In this document: piece by piece, positions 49,088 to 59,485 of the stretch
Numbering within the stretch: position 1 is the stretch's first letter
How the letters are laid out: each line of letters starts with the position of its first letter
Assembly: GCA_022824265.1 (NCBI GenBank)
Contig: JAJEAG010000024.1
Location: forward strand, 27,521-91,520
Length of the DNA stretch: 64,000 nucleotides
Direction of reading: 5' to 3'
From: Candidatus Poribacteria bacterium
Lineage (GTDB): Bacteria; Poribacteria; WGA-4E; WGA-3G
Made by a program: the position numbers and the translations under genes
The notes under the pieces: generated by a model
Database searches by the model: none
What the model was told of the DNA's origin: nothing
Seen by the model: the letters and a program-made list of their open reading frames with translations, nothing else

Positions 49088-52000
49088 CTAATCGGGTTTC
49101 CACCAAGGTGCGAGTCTGGGAGGAGAACCAGAACCAAATTCTTCGCCTCGACAGAATTCGTCAAGTTTTCTGCCGAAAACTTTTATATTTCTTCTTAAGT
49201 CTGAAGGATTTCCCCATCGTGACCAAAATCTATCTACGAGCGCAAGGAATTTAGGATCGTATTCTTGTATTTCATTATAAAGTCCTTCCTCTTTTCCAAT
49301 TTGGTAATGCCACCAATTTGCAGTGGGTGTCAGAGCAGGTTTCAATTGCTCAAAAACTGCAGATATTCTAAATAAATCTTGATTTTGTAAAGCCTCTCTG
49401 TAGGCTTCTCTGCAACTATGTTCTTGTTGCGCCACTTCGTACGCCCATGCTGCATGTCTACGAACCCACATGCTTGGATCAATTGATTTCAAATCCTCAA
49501 GTAGTTCAATGGCTTTGCCTGTTCCAAACCACGGCAAAATCGAGACCCCCAAGTTGCGTTCTTTTGCGTAATGGCTTTCCAAGTATTCCTTTTCGACTAA
49601 ATCCAATAACTCTTTCTCACCCCGTCCTGTTATAGCAGCAATTGTCATTAACATTATTTCTTCATCGTTTTGACATTCCTCTAAGAGATTATGTCTAAGT
49701 TGTACATGTTGTGGTGTATTACATTGTTCCACTTTCCAGATTTGAGCGTGAAAGGTTTCAATTCCATATTGGTTATAATTAAAAGTTCTTACATTTCCAG
49801 TTCTCCATTGTTGAAATATTTTAATTGCTTTTTCTGGTTGAAAGCGTAGTAACAAACAAAGGATAACATCCGTAAAATCGCTTAAGTCCCTTCTATACCA
49901 TGGAGATTTAGAAAGTTCTGTTAGATATTGATCTGATAGATATAAGAATTCATTTTGATTCTGTTCTGCCCAAGTTTGGATCACATCTCGGTTTATCCCA
50001 TACCGTGTATCTTCAACAACATTAGGATCATTTTCAATCCTTCTGAGTATTGATAACATACAATTCATAAGGTCAATGCCCCACCGCGAAAGATCATCCT
50101 GGCGGTCTGGTCCACAAAGGAAAGAACCTATAAATTCTGGGGGTATGAGCGATCTTAGTGACTCATAGGAAGGCACATCATTCCCCTCATAAGTAGGGAT
50201 TATCCATTTTCTTCCGTTCTGTGAAAAAAGATGATTCTGTATATTTTCATCCTTTTGTGTTTCGTTTAAAAATAGTTTTGGAAGAGAATATGCTAATCGC
50301 AGCATTGGATATGTTCCCGTTGAATCGGGTTTTCTCATCTTAAGATCTTCTAATGCATACTTTACTGTTCTATCCTCATGTTTAGATGCATAAGCAAATA
50401 ATGCACACCAATATTCCTCCTCCAAGAACTCTTCCGATTCCTCATCGGAAATAATCTGATTTTCCTGAGATAAAGTTCGGAATTCTTCCAACTTCTTCTG
50501 TGCTAATTCAATAATTGAGACTGGTAACAGTTTTTTAAACAAACAAGGCAATGACTCATAGCAAATTGAAGACCTGAGTGGTTCCTGAGACGCTAGGAAC
50601 TCAAACCAATCTATGAGAATTTCCTCAGATGCACAAAATAGGAGAGATTCTGTTAATAAATGAGTTAACCAAGCAACATCCGAATAATAATCTTCACCTT
50701 GAACAAGTCGTTTCTTCATTTTAAGAATTGCTTCTGTGATTTTTTGGCAATCTTCCTGTCTAAAAATAAGACCCTGAATTGACAATAGTTTGAACTGCGC
50801 CCATTTTTGAGGTAGAGTATTGATTTTAAGATTACAAGCAAGTTGAGCGTAACCCTCAGCATCATATTTTGCTATCCATGGCATTAAGTTTTGTATACAA
50901 TAGTCCTCAAGTGAAGCATCTACCCCTTGTCCGAGTTTGACATTTTTGGATATGTAGTGTAATATCTTCTTAATACTATTTAAATCTGCATTATGCAAAT
51001 CAGGTAAATCTGTCCGAGCCGCTAAATAATCAAGACCATGGTAATTGCCATTCACATTTTCTGCAGGTGACCTGTCTTTTAGTAACATCTCTTGGTCCCG
51101 GATCCGATCAATAAAAGGCTTGAAAGTGCTGTTCCATTTTTCGGCAAATTCTTTCCTTTCTTTGTTCTCCTCAGAAGGTGGACGCTGCAGTTGTTTATGT
51201 AAATTCGCTTGTTTAAGCTCACTTGCTAAACCATACACGCCTTTAATCAAATGTTCATCGGATGGATCTTGTTCTACTAATGAACGTAAGTCTTCTAATA
51301 TTGATTCAGTATATTCCCACCGTATTAGTCTACCTATATTTTTATTAAACTCAGGTTTTTGCTCATGAATTGCATAGCAGCGGGCAAGTGTAGGTAAAAA
51401 TTGACATTCTGGTCTTTGAGACAGGATAGAAAGTGCTGCTATTGCTAATCGAGTTTGTGTATAGTACATTGTTGGAAATGGAAGACTCTTAGGATTAATA
51501 TTGTCATCGCCATTTATTACTTCATCAGCATATGTAGGCAGAAGCCATTTTGTAAGACGCGATGCTAAATCATTAAGTTCACCTTTTTTGGTTCGCCAGA
51601 CTCTTGCCAATGGCTCAATGAGTGTATCCTCCTCATTTGGTGAAAGTTGATTTTTAAATTCCAATTCAACAACTTGACAATAAGCATCTGTGTAGTTTTC
51701 AACGCAAACAGACAAATGTTTTTTAGTAATTTGTGCATTGTGGCTATTAAACCAAGTAAACATTAAGGCTGCTTGTTTCTTAGAAATGTCAGAATCAGGA
51801 GATATTGCCATGATTTGGAGAGCATCAAACAATGCTCTTGTTCTCAGATCTTCTGAAGGAATTGGTTCAAGTGCCCTCTTTAAGCATTCAACCAAGTCAT
51901 TAATTTCTGCAGACTCCTCACTGTCAATTTGATTAGAGAGATATAATGCCCATCCAAGAACAATATGTTCGGAGCTTAAATTAGCGTGGACTAATCCTGC

Positions 52001-53515
52001 GTCAAGTACAATCCTTTGTTCCTCCAAGTCATGACGGATTTCATTGTAGTTCGGGAAGAACTTTAGAAGCACCTGAACAGATATTTGAGGAACATTATCA
52101 TCCGTCCATTTAACTTGTTTAGCAAGTTCTGAAAGTATTTCTTGGGCATCTTTAGCTTTATGCCATCCGAGTTTCTGTTTAAGCTGGGGATTTGTTTGAT
52201 CAATTTTATCAAGGAGATCAACCCACAAAACCAATTCTTTGGTTACAGTCTCAAATGAACCAAATCTATCACGTAACCGAATACATGTTTGAAAGTAACG
52301 TGGGTTTTTTGCAATATCCTTTAGTGAATCTGGCAAGTCATGAAGTTGCATTCCTTCTTTGGATAATGCCTTTTGCAATTCAGGATCGTTATAAGGGGTT
52401 ACTGAAATTTTATGGCACTGGTCCCACAAATCTTTCTCAAAGTCTGGGTAATCGCTTAAAGGCCGAGTGGTAAATAGAAAACCAATTCTATCTTTCCATT
52501 CGCTATTATGCCGAAAATAATCATTAAGGATGTGCTGTGCTGTTTCAATGGCATCTCTTTCATTTACACCGTCAAGTACAATAAGCGTTTTACGCCAGAT
52601 TTTTGCGGGTTTGTTTTGAAGCTTGGTTATCTTAGCTTGTTCAGAAGATGGATAGATTAAACTAAAACAGTTGTAAAGCAAGTCAAAAATAGACTTACTA
52701 CCTTTCCAGTCTTTACTATCTATCCAAAAGGTGGCAATATTTTCATTTTCCCCAATTGAGTTCATCCACTTAGCGGCAAACCATGTTTTACCAGTGCCTT
52801 CCTCACCTTCAAGGTAGCAAACTGATGTATCTTGCATTTGCCACCAATCTGTGATTTGTGATTGTAAGGATCCTCTATCTATCGCTTGAGTTAAGTCAAT
52901 CGGATTGAAGCCTTCATTCCGGTTAAAACGTTCAGTGAGATATTTTTCAACTTTCCGTTGAACGTGTATTTGGGTTTGGATTCCGTCTTCTAATTTGAAT
53001 TTGAGCTCTTCTAATTTTTTCTTTGTTTCTGCGTCATTCTTCATTTCTTCAATCCAAACTAAATAATCTTGGTCTGTGTCTGATAGATCAAAAAAGTGAC
53101 ATATTTTTTCCCAAAAGGTTATACACAATGCTCCGATATCTGATAAATCATCAGAAAGTTCAAGTAAAACTATATCCAAACCTGTTTCCAAACTAATTGC
53201 ATCTATTCTGTCGCGTATTTGCGCTGTATCACGAGAAACTGCCAAAACATATACTTGAAGATGTGATAATGTACGTATTACATTACGAATATCTCCTTCA
53301 ACTTGATTAGCATTAGGAGTATTATCACTCGTATACCTTTTTGCTTGCATTGATACTTCACCAGAGATGCTTCTTGCATCTCCACTTGGTTGTTCACCAG
53401 CTCTTGCAACGACAAAAGGTATTTTTAGAAACGATTTTAGTAATACCGCAACAAGTTCTTCAAACTCATTAGGCTTTATTTTGTGGATAAGTTCTTTTAG
53501 TTTTAGCCAACTCAT
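49088..53515 (-). CDS. Avs-like STAND NTPase with N-terminal Mrr-type (PD-(D/E)xK) nuclease domain and C-terminal helical (HEAT/TPR-like) repeats
   Basis: N-terminus FEELVAVLL...GDARSISGEVSMQAKRY...DIVLLEL matches the Mrr_cat pattern. Walker A YLEGEEGTGKTWFAAKW and Walker B TLIVLDGVNE (NACHT-like hhhhDGhDE). Length 1475 aa with a long alpha-helical C-terminus. Confidence 0.6.
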   Translation of the reverse strand: MSWLKLKELIHKIKPNEFEELVAVLLKSFLKIPFVVARAGEQPSGDARSISGEVSMQAKRYTSDNTPNANQVEGDIRNVIRTLSHLQVYVLAVSRDTAQIRDRIDAISLETGLDIVLLELSDDLSDIGALCITFWEKICHFFDLSDTDQDYLVWIEEMKNDAETKKKLEELKFKLEDGIQTQIHVQRKVEKYLTERFNRNEGFNPIDLTQAIDRGSLQSQITDWWQMQDTSVCYLEGEEGTGKTWFAAKWMNSIGENENIATFWIDSKDWKGSKSIFDLLYNCFSLIYPSSEQAKITKLQNKPAKIWRKTLIVLDGVNERDAIETAQHILNDYFRHNSEWKDRIGFLFTTRPLSDYPDFEKDLWDQCHKISVTPYNDPELQKALSKEGMQLHDLPDSLKDIAKNPRYFQTCIRLRDRFGSFETVTKELVLWVDLLDKIDQTNPQLKQKLGWHKAKDAQEILSELAKQVKWTDDNVPQISVQVLLKFFPNYNEIRHDLEEQRIVLDAGLVHANLSSEHIVLGWALYLSNQIDSEESAEINDLVECLKRALEPIPSEDLRTRALFDALQIMAISPDSDISKKQAALMFTWFNSHNAQITKKHLSVCVENYTDAYCQVVELEFKNQLSPNEEDTLIEPLARVWRTKKGELNDLASRLTKWLLPTYADEVINGDDNINPKSLPFPTMYYTQTRLAIAALSILSQRPECQFLPTLARCYAIHEQKPEFNKNIGRLIRWEYTESILEDLRSLVEQDPSDEHLIKGVYGLASELKQANLHKQLQRPPSEENKERKEFAEKWNSTFKPFIDRIRDQEMLLKDRSPAENVNGNYHGLDYLAARTDLPDLHNADLNSIKKILHYISKNVKLGQGVDASLEDYCIQNLMPWIAKYDAEGYAQLACNLKINTLPQKWAQFKLLSIQGLIFRQEDCQKITEAILKMKKRLVQGEDYYSDVAWLTHLLTESLLFCASEEILIDWFEFLASQEPLRSSICYESLPCLFKKLLPVSIIELAQKKLEEFRTLSQENQIISDEESEEFLEEEYWCALFAYASKHEDRTVKYALEDLKMRKPDSTGTYPMLRLAYSLPKLFLNETQKDENIQNHLFSQNGRKWIIPTYEGNDVPSYESLRSLIPPEFIGSFLCGPDRQDDLSRWGIDLMNCMLSILRRIENDPNVVEDTRYGINRDVIQTWAEQNQNEFLYLSDQYLTELSKSPWYRRDLSDFTDVILCLLLRFQPEKAIKIFQQWRTGNVRTFNYNQYGIETFHAQIWKVEQCNTPQHVQLRHNLLEECQNDEEIMLMTIAAITGRGEKELLDLVEKEYLESHYAKERNLGVSILPWFGTGKAIELLEDLKSIDPSMWVRRHAAWAYEVAQQEHSCREAYREALQNQDLFRISAVFEQLKPALTPTANWWHYQIGKEEGLYNEIQEYDPKFLALVDRFWSRWGNPSDLRRNIKVFGRKLDEFCRGEEFGSGSPPRLAPWWKPD

Positions 53516-53562
53516 TTTCTCTTTCCAATATTTCTACAAGATTTTGGTTTTGCTTCCAAATA

Positions 53563-55017
53563 TCAAAATTCCTGACTCCCTATAATATATGCATTTAAGT
53601 GATTCAATGCACTGCCATCATCCATTACTGACTTTGTGCGTTTGAGTGCTTCGTGTGGGTCAGGAGAAATCCCTAATAGATAATCTACCATAGCAGCGTT
53701 AAGCAGAATCCTATCGTAGATATGTCCTTTCTCTCCAGATAATGCAGCTATTCCTGCTTCTGTATACGCCTCAGCATTAACACTATCTGGTCGCGGATTT
53801 ACCTTATATTCAAATCCATAGGTTTTTGGATCAATGTCCAATGCAAAATCTTCGCGATTTCCATCAATGTGTCGGAATCCTTGTGAATAGTTGACTGCCA
53901 TTCTTTCAGGTGTAGATGGTTTCCCGAGACGAAGTGCGTAATGGCTTGTGCCTTCTTCACCTTTTATCGCAATTGCAGCGTGAAAACCTCGTTCATAAGC
54001 CATTTGAAGTAATGGTTTTTCATATCCAATGTGGTAGTAACCTATAACCATGTAATTCCTCTTACGAGCTGAGAAGAATTGTAGGGCTTTTTCCGTAGCA
54101 GCCCATGGCGGACGTTTCATGATATGCACACGTAATTCACGAATGTCATAAGCTCCAGGTGAATACTCACGTTGACTGGCATATCCAAACCCAACCGCTT
54201 TATCTGTAATTAATTGTGCTGTCTGTTCAAGTGTTAGATCAGTTTTTGCACCAAGTGCTTTCAATAACGTTTCTTCGGTGATACCATTCTTAGGTGGCAT
54301 TTCATCCACACTATGAAGCAGAGAAGGTTCTCCCAGTGCTGCTCTTACTGCTGCAACAAATAGAGTTGGACGGAAATAACGGGTTGCGCCGTCGTAAGGT
54401 TGTCCAAAATGGGTAAGGTTATCCACATCAATGGCTTTGATCTGTTCTGGATCAAAATAGGAATCAAGATATCCTCGAACTTCGTCGTAAGTTTCCCTGT
54501 TCATACGTTGTCCAATAAGCGCGGCAGCCTTTAGTGCCGGTTTAACTTTGTCAGAAAGGATGACTTCACACATCTGTCTTGTTTCTTCGTAACTTAAGTG
54601 CTTTGCTTGTAATATCTTTTCTAATGCGGAAACAACGATTGCCTCGGTTGGGTTATTGGGAATATAAACAATTTCTGGGTTGATAAGATATTGAATCTCT
54701 TTCGGCAAACGAGATAATAAAGACGGTAGGTATTTCTGAAATGCAGTTTTTTCTGCGGGGGACCACTGTGTTTCTTCAGGAAAATATTTTCTTAGGGTCA
54801 TTGCAACGAAAAATGCACCCAATTGTGCTTCTGAAACCTTCTCGTCGTGTCCCAATTGTCCATTCAACGAGTCTAAAACAGTTTCAAGGATGGCATCTGG
54901 CTGTGGTCCATCTGAAGGCTTTTTCCCTAAAGGACGTGTTTGATGAGGTCCGGTGCAGACACGTGCCTGCGCTTCAAGCATATCTTGATTGGGACCGGGA
55001 TATTGAGGAGTGTACAT
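53563..55017 (-). CDS. Divergent glycosyltransferase-family-3 (TrpD / nucleoside phosphorylase II)-fold protein
   Basis: AIAIKGEEGTSHYA resembles the TrpD VVHG.DGLDE motif. C-terminal GSALNHLNAY resembles the TrpD GSALEKLEAL seen at the window start. The N-terminal ~150 aa are extra. Confidence 0.35.
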   Translation of the reverse strand: MYTPQYPGPNQDMLEAQARVCTGPHQTRPLGKKPSDGPQPDAILETVLDSLNGQLGHDEKVSEAQLGAFFVAMTLRKYFPEETQWSPAEKTAFQKYLPSLLSRLPKEIQYLINPEIVYIPNNPTEAIVVSALEKILQAKHLSYEETRQMCEVILSDKVKPALKAAALIGQRMNRETYDEVRGYLDSYFDPEQIKAIDVDNLTHFGQPYDGATRYFRPTLFVAAVRAALGEPSLLHSVDEMPPKNGITEETLLKALGAKTDLTLEQTAQLITDKAVGFGYASQREYSPGAYDIRELRVHIMKRPPWAATEKALQFFSARKRNYMVIGYYHIGYEKPLLQMAYERGFHAAIAIKGEEGTSHYALRLGKPSTPERMAVNYSQGFRHIDGNREDFALDIDPKTYGFEYKVNPRPDSVNAEAYTEAGIAALSGEKGHIYDRILLNAAMVDYLLGISPDPHEALKRTKSVMDDGSALNHLNAYIIGSQEF

Positions 55018-55379
55018 ATTTTTTCTTCCTTGTTCACATCTGATTAGATTAATATATCATATTCATTCAATATAATCAATTCTTCATTATATGAAGTTAG
55101 CGTCATTTAATTGTCGATTTTTCTGTCTGAATCTCGGATGCACAGAGGACGTAGAAGATTTTGATCCTACAGTCCATCCCCCCTTGCAGGGTCGGGTTTC
55201 TCCATCCAAATAAAGAATAAAACAGATATAACGGGCGGGGAAACCCCGCCCCTACATAGGAATTCTATTATCAATGCTTGCGCGACTTGTTTGCATGTCA
55301 TGATTTTTGTGAATGATTTGACGGTGAATTGTTTGTGTTTTACTTGTAAATGCATCGGTTTTGCTCCTTCTAAAAACGC

Positions 55380-55800
55380 ACTAAAAACGGGTGTTTTTTG
55401 CACATTGGTGCGTTTTGATATTTGGAGTTATACCAGTCTGAGACTGGGTTTATAGGGGTTTTTGAAAATTCTGAATTTTTCATTTTTGGTGCGTTTTTTA
55501 TTTGCTTGGTTATGGTCGTTTTTTGGTGGATGTTTTTTGGGGGACGGGTGCCGGTTTTTGTTGAGAATGTGGGGTGTAAGCGGTTTTTGTGTTTCATAGT
55601 GTTTGTATTATAACAGGTGTTAAGCGTGAATGGAAGGGTTTGTGGACCTGTGAACAATATGTTTCATGTATGTTTGGAGTAGTTTTCAGTTTTCAGTGGT
55701 CAGTTTTCAGTTTTTTGTTGTCTGAATCGCGGAAGGCACTGAAGACGCTGAACGGAGTTTGGTGGGGTGGAGACTTTTTCAAGGAATTGTCGTATCTCAG
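55380..55800 (-). repeat. Inverted, diverged copy (B) of the CA-rich element, GT-rich on the + strand
   Basis: Its reverse complement shares ACAT(G/A)AAACATATTG, GCACCAAAAAT...TTCAAAAACC and CCAAATATCA in the same order as copy A. A homologous AAGGAGCAA RBS follows, with a small hydrophobic ORF at 55167..55352. Confidence 0.5.
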
Positions 55801-55988
55801 ACGTAGAGAACGATCAATCCTTGATTCAAGCAGAAAGTAATCAAGGGAAGAAACCTCTACTATAAGATTACAACGCGATGATTGAATGTCTATGCATATA
55901 TCTCGGAGTGTTAATATTTCCTACATGGGATACAATAACAGTGTAGTGTTCTGCCATATTTCTGATGGTGCTAAATAAAATGTATCAC

Positions 55989-56017
55989 ACTAATTTTCTT
56001 GACTTTTCCGCTAAATT
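55989..56017 (+). promoter_or_regulatory. Sigma70-type promoter for tRNA-Pro
   Basis: TTGACT, a 17-nt spacer, then extended -10 TGaTACTAT. About 32 nt upstream of the tRNA 5' end. Confidence 0.5.
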
Positions 56018-56049
56018 GTGATACTATAATTGGGTAATTTGTATTAAAA

Positions 56050-56123
56050 CGGGGCGTGGCGCAGCCCGGAAGCGCGCTTGAATGGGGTTCAAGAGGTCGC
56101 TGGTTCAAATCCAGTCGCCCCGA
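56050..56123 (+). tRNA. tRNA-Pro (anticodon GGG)
   Basis: Folded by hand. Acceptor CGGGGCG/CGCCCCG, D-stem GCGC/GCGC, anticodon stem CUUGA/UCAAG with loop AUGGGGU, T-stem GCUGG/CCAGU, T-loop UUCAAAU, discriminator A. No encoded CCA. Confidence 0.8.
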
Positions 56124-56208
56124 TGTTTTATTATGAATCGTGTATATTTGTGTACGCATATTGTTAAAAATTAATGTTATTTTATTGTGATAAAAGGTAG
56201 TTGTAGTA

Positions 56209-57531
56209 GTGGATAAGTCGTGTATCAATGTAGGCATTTTAGGTTGGGGAACAGTAGGCACAGGTGTATCCAAAATATTGGTTAACCAAAACAGTCTAAT
56301 TTCCAAAAATAGTTATGTCCAATTAAGCCTGAGAAAAATAGTAAAACGCACACTACCCGCTACGCGCGTTGGTATAGAACTTCCAACTGACTGTCTCACA
56401 GATGATCCCAGTGATGTTGTAGATAATCCTGAGATTGATATTGTCGTTGAACTTATCGGAGGCGTATCAGAGGCATATTCGTTGATCTCACGTGCAATCC
56501 AAAATGGAAAGCATGTGGTGACTGCGAACAAGGCTTTATTAGCAGAACATGGCAGCGAACTATTCCAACTTGCACAAAAGCATAAAGTAAGCCTGAATTT
56601 TGAAGCCAGCACTGCAGGTGGAATTCCTATTATCAAAACATTACAGGAAAGTTTCACTGCAAATCAAATTCAGTCAATTTACGGTATAGTAAATGGCACA
56701 TGCAACTACATGTTGACCGAAATGCATGAACGCGGTGTTGATTTTGCAGATATACTGTCGGATGCACAAGAAAAAGGTTATGCTGAGGCTGATCCTACAC
56801 TGGACATTGAAGGTATTGATGCAGCTCAGAAACTAACACTACTTATAGCACTTGCCTATGGGGTTAATATTCCTGTTAACCAATTCCATGTTGAAGGTAT
56901 CACTGATATTTCACAAAAGGAAATACAATATGCTCGTGAACTCGGTTATGTTATCAAACTGCTTGCAATTGCAAAGTTAACCGATGATAACCGTGTAGAA
57001 GCAAGGGTACATCCAACACTGCTACCGGAACGAAGTTTATTGGCAAATGTTGGTGGGGCGTATAATGCAGTATGTGTAGTTGGTTCTGCTGTAGGTCCTA
57101 CACTCTTTTATGGGCAAGGAGCAGGTGAAATGCCTACCGCAAGTGCAGTTGTCGCAGATATAATTGATGCTGCAAAATCTATTCAACGCGGTGTTAGTTC
57201 TCCGATTTCACATGCTTGGTTAGAGAGCTCACAAACTGCTAATTCTGTTTGTTCAATTGATGACATAGAAACGCGATATTATTTGCGGTTTGTTGTAATT
57301 GATAGACCAGGTGTATTAGCAAGTATCGGTAGCATTTTAGGTGGTTGTAATATCAGTATATCCTCTGTCATACAGAAAGAACCTCACTGCACTGAAACTG
57401 TCTCGCTTATGATGTTAACTCACAAAGCGAAAGAAAAAGATATGAAATCTGCTCTTGAACAGATATATACACTTGAAGTTGTCAAAGGTGATGCGAAACT
57501 TATAAGAATTGAAGAAGAGGCAGCATTTTAA
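56209..57531 (+). CDS. hom: Homoserine dehydrogenase
   Basis: [13 protein letters not shown]-binding motif. TANKAL, central catalytic region and C-terminal ACT domain. Confidence 0.8.
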   Translation: MDKSCINVGILGWGTVGTGVSKILVNQNSLISKNSYVQLSLRKIVKRTLPATRVGIELPTDCLTDDPSDVVDNPEIDIVVELIGGVSEAYSLISRAIQNGKHVVTANKALLAEHGSELFQLAQKHKVSLNFEASTAGGIPIIKTLQESFTANQIQSIYGIVNGTCNYMLTEMHERGVDFADILSDAQEKGYAEADPTLDIEGIDAAQKLTLLIALAYGVNIPVNQFHVEGITDISQKEIQYARELGYVIKLLAIAKLTDDNRVEARVHPTLLPERSLLANVGGAYNAVCVVGSAVGPTLFYGQGAGEMPTASAVVADIIDAAKSIQRGVSSPISHAWLESSQTANSVCSIDDIETRYYLRFVVIDRPGVLASIGSILGGCNISISSVIQKEPHCTETVSLMMLTHKAKEKDMKSALEQIYTLEVVKGDAKLIRIEEEAAF

Positions 57532-57548
57532 ATCAGATTGTCAAAACA

Positions 57549-58166
57549 ATGAAAGATACGTTGATCTTTGACGTAAGAAATATCAAGGACTGGGACTTCA
57601 ATGAATATGAAGTTGAAATCCCTCCATCGCGAATTCAACTTGAAATAGATGATGTAGAATTCATAGATCAAGTTTGTGGTTCCGTTCATTTACTACGTCA
57701 TGGAGATAACGATGTATATGTCAAAGCCGATGTATCTACGGAAATTGAAATGCAATGTGGTAAATGTCTTGAGATGTTTACAAACAACATTGCAGCAACT
57801 TTTGAGGTGCAATTCACACCAGATAGTAACCCTGAAGAGGAACACTCTGAGGAAATTGATGAAGGTGAACGCTATTACGATGGAGAAACTTTTGACATAT
57901 CAGAAGACACACGACGTGCCTTAGTAATTCAGATACCAGTTTGGCCTCTCTGTTCACAAATGTGTGAAGGATTATGTCAGAATTGTGGTACAAATCTGAA
58001 TGATGAAATATGTTCATGTGAAGGGACAGAAGATGCTGAAGGTAATGTTTCAGATGTCTCTTCACCTTTTGCAGATTTGTCACAAATGATAGAAACAGCA
58101 AAGTTGGAAAATCAGAATAAATCAAGTAACAGCAAGGAGAGATTTTCAAAAAATGGCTCATCCTAA
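57549..58166 (+). CDS. yceD: YceD/DUF177 family protein (large-subunit rRNA accumulation)
   Basis: CGKCLE...CQNCGTNLND.ICSCE four-Cys motif. Immediately upstream of rpmF. Confidence 0.7.
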   Translation: MKDTLIFDVRNIKDWDFNEYEVEIPPSRIQLEIDDVEFIDQVCGSVHLLRHGDNDVYVKADVSTEIEMQCGKCLEMFTNNIAATFEVQFTPDSNPEEEHSEEIDEGERYYDGETFDISEDTRRALVIQIPVWPLCSQMCEGLCQNCGTNLNDEICSCEGTEDAEGNVSDVSSPFADLSQMIETAKLENQNKSSNSKERFSKNGSS

Positions 58167-58341
58167 ACGTAAAACATCAAAATCTAAAAAAAGAATGCGA
58201 CGTAGCCATCATGCACTTCAAGGTCAAGTCGTCACAGATTGCTCATATTGTGGAGAAATGATGGTTTCACACCGTGTCTGTCCACATTGTGGACATTATA
58301 AAGGAAGATCTGTTCTAAGGTCCACCGAAGAACAGACGTAG
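58153..58341 (+). CDS. rpmF: 50S ribosomal protein L32
   Basis: MAHPKRKTSKSKKRMRRSHHAL. Confidence 0.9.
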   Translation: MAHPKRKTSKSKKRMRRSHHALQGQVVTDCSYCGEMMVSHRVCPHCGHYKGRSVLRSTEEQT

Positions 58342-58437
58342 GTGAGACATCAATTATTATTTTCTCACCGAATTGCACAGTTACACATTTCAAAACAATG
58401 ATGATCGTGTAATGTCAGCAATAAAGGATTCTTAAGT

Positions 58438-59427
58438 ATGGATCGAAATGCAGCAATTACAGGCACGGGTTCTTATCTACCTGAAAATATATTGACTAAT
58501 TATGATCTTGAAAAAATGGTGGATACCAGCGATGAATGGATTCGCCAACGCACCGGCATTGTTGAGAGGAGAATCGCAGAAGATGATGTCGCAACTTCTG
58601 ACCTTAGTGTCCAAGCTGCGCGTTTAGCAATAAAAAGAGCTCAAATTGACCCACTTGATATTGAAATGATTCTCGTGGCAACGGTAACACCCGACACATT
58701 TTTTCCCTCAACTGCATGTTATGTTCAAAAAGGATTAGGCGCAAAAAACGCTTCGGCAATGGATATATCAGCTGCATGTGCCGGGTTCTTATACGGACTT
58801 GATTTAGCAAACGGTTTGATTTGTTCAGGTCAATATAATACTATACTTGTCGTGGGTGGAGAGGTTTTTAACAATATCGTTGATTGGAATGATAGAAACA
58901 CATGTGTTTTGTTCGGTGATGGTGCAGGCGCAGCCGTTGTTCAAGCAACTGAAGAACAGAATGGAATTCTGGCATCATATATCGGTTCAGATGGGGATTA
59001 TGCTGATATCAATCTTCTTGGAATCCCAGCAGGTGGATCAAGAATGCCAGTGACCTCAGATGCAATCGACCAAAATCTAAATAAGATTCAGATGAATGGA
59101 CGTGAAGTTTTTAAATTAGGTGTCCGTCTAATGCCAGAAGCAGCAGAACGCACACTAAAAAAGGCAGACGTTAGCGTTGATGACATTGATTTGTTAATAC
59201 CACACCAAGCAAACTTACGGATTATTGAAGCAGTAGGTCATAGACTCGGTGTGCCGCGAGAAAAGGTATATGTCAACGTTGACAAATATGGTAATACCTC
59301 TGCAGCAACTGTTATTATCGCATTAGACGAAGCTATACAAGAAGGAAGGGCAAAACCTGGTGATCTTATACTCCTTGTCACCTTTGGTGCAGGATTGACA
59401 TGGGGTAGTACCCTTATCCGTTTGTAG
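58438..59427 (+). CDS. fabH: 3-oxoacyl-ACP synthase III
   Basis: ITGTGSYLPE and active-site region AACAGF. Sits in the fab cluster. Confidence 0.85.
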   Translation: MDRNAAITGTGSYLPENILTNYDLEKMVDTSDEWIRQRTGIVERRIAEDDVATSDLSVQAARLAIKRAQIDPLDIEMILVATVTPDTFFPSTACYVQKGLGAKNASAMDISAACAGFLYGLDLANGLICSGQYNTILVVGGEVFNNIVDWNDRNTCVLFGDGAGAAVVQATEEQNGILASYIGSDGDYADINLLGIPAGGSRMPVTSDAIDQNLNKIQMNGREVFKLGVRLMPEAAERTLKKADVSVDDIDLLIPHQANLRIIEAVGHRLGVPREKVYVNVDKYGNTSAATVIIALDEAIQEGRAKPGDLILLVTFGAGLTWGSTLIRL

Positions 59428-59485
59428 TAGTTGTCATACATCTAAGTATTTACTACGTTTTATTTTAGTTCCCAGAATATATAAA

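Noticed and set aside
14216-55800. The two CA-rich elements as terminal inverted repeats of one 41-kb mobile element
   Set aside because: The intervening 41 kb carries many ordinary metabolic genes (murQ, metE-like, BCCT, sulfur relay) with no integrase or transposase. The copies are diverged and look more like repeated regulatory or leader modules than transposon ends.
55971-56306. 111-aa minus-strand ORF overlapping the tRNA-Pro gene and its promoter
   Set aside because: It overlaps a well-folded tRNA and a consensus promoter, has no RBS and is AT-rich low-complexity. It is a spurious antisense ORF.
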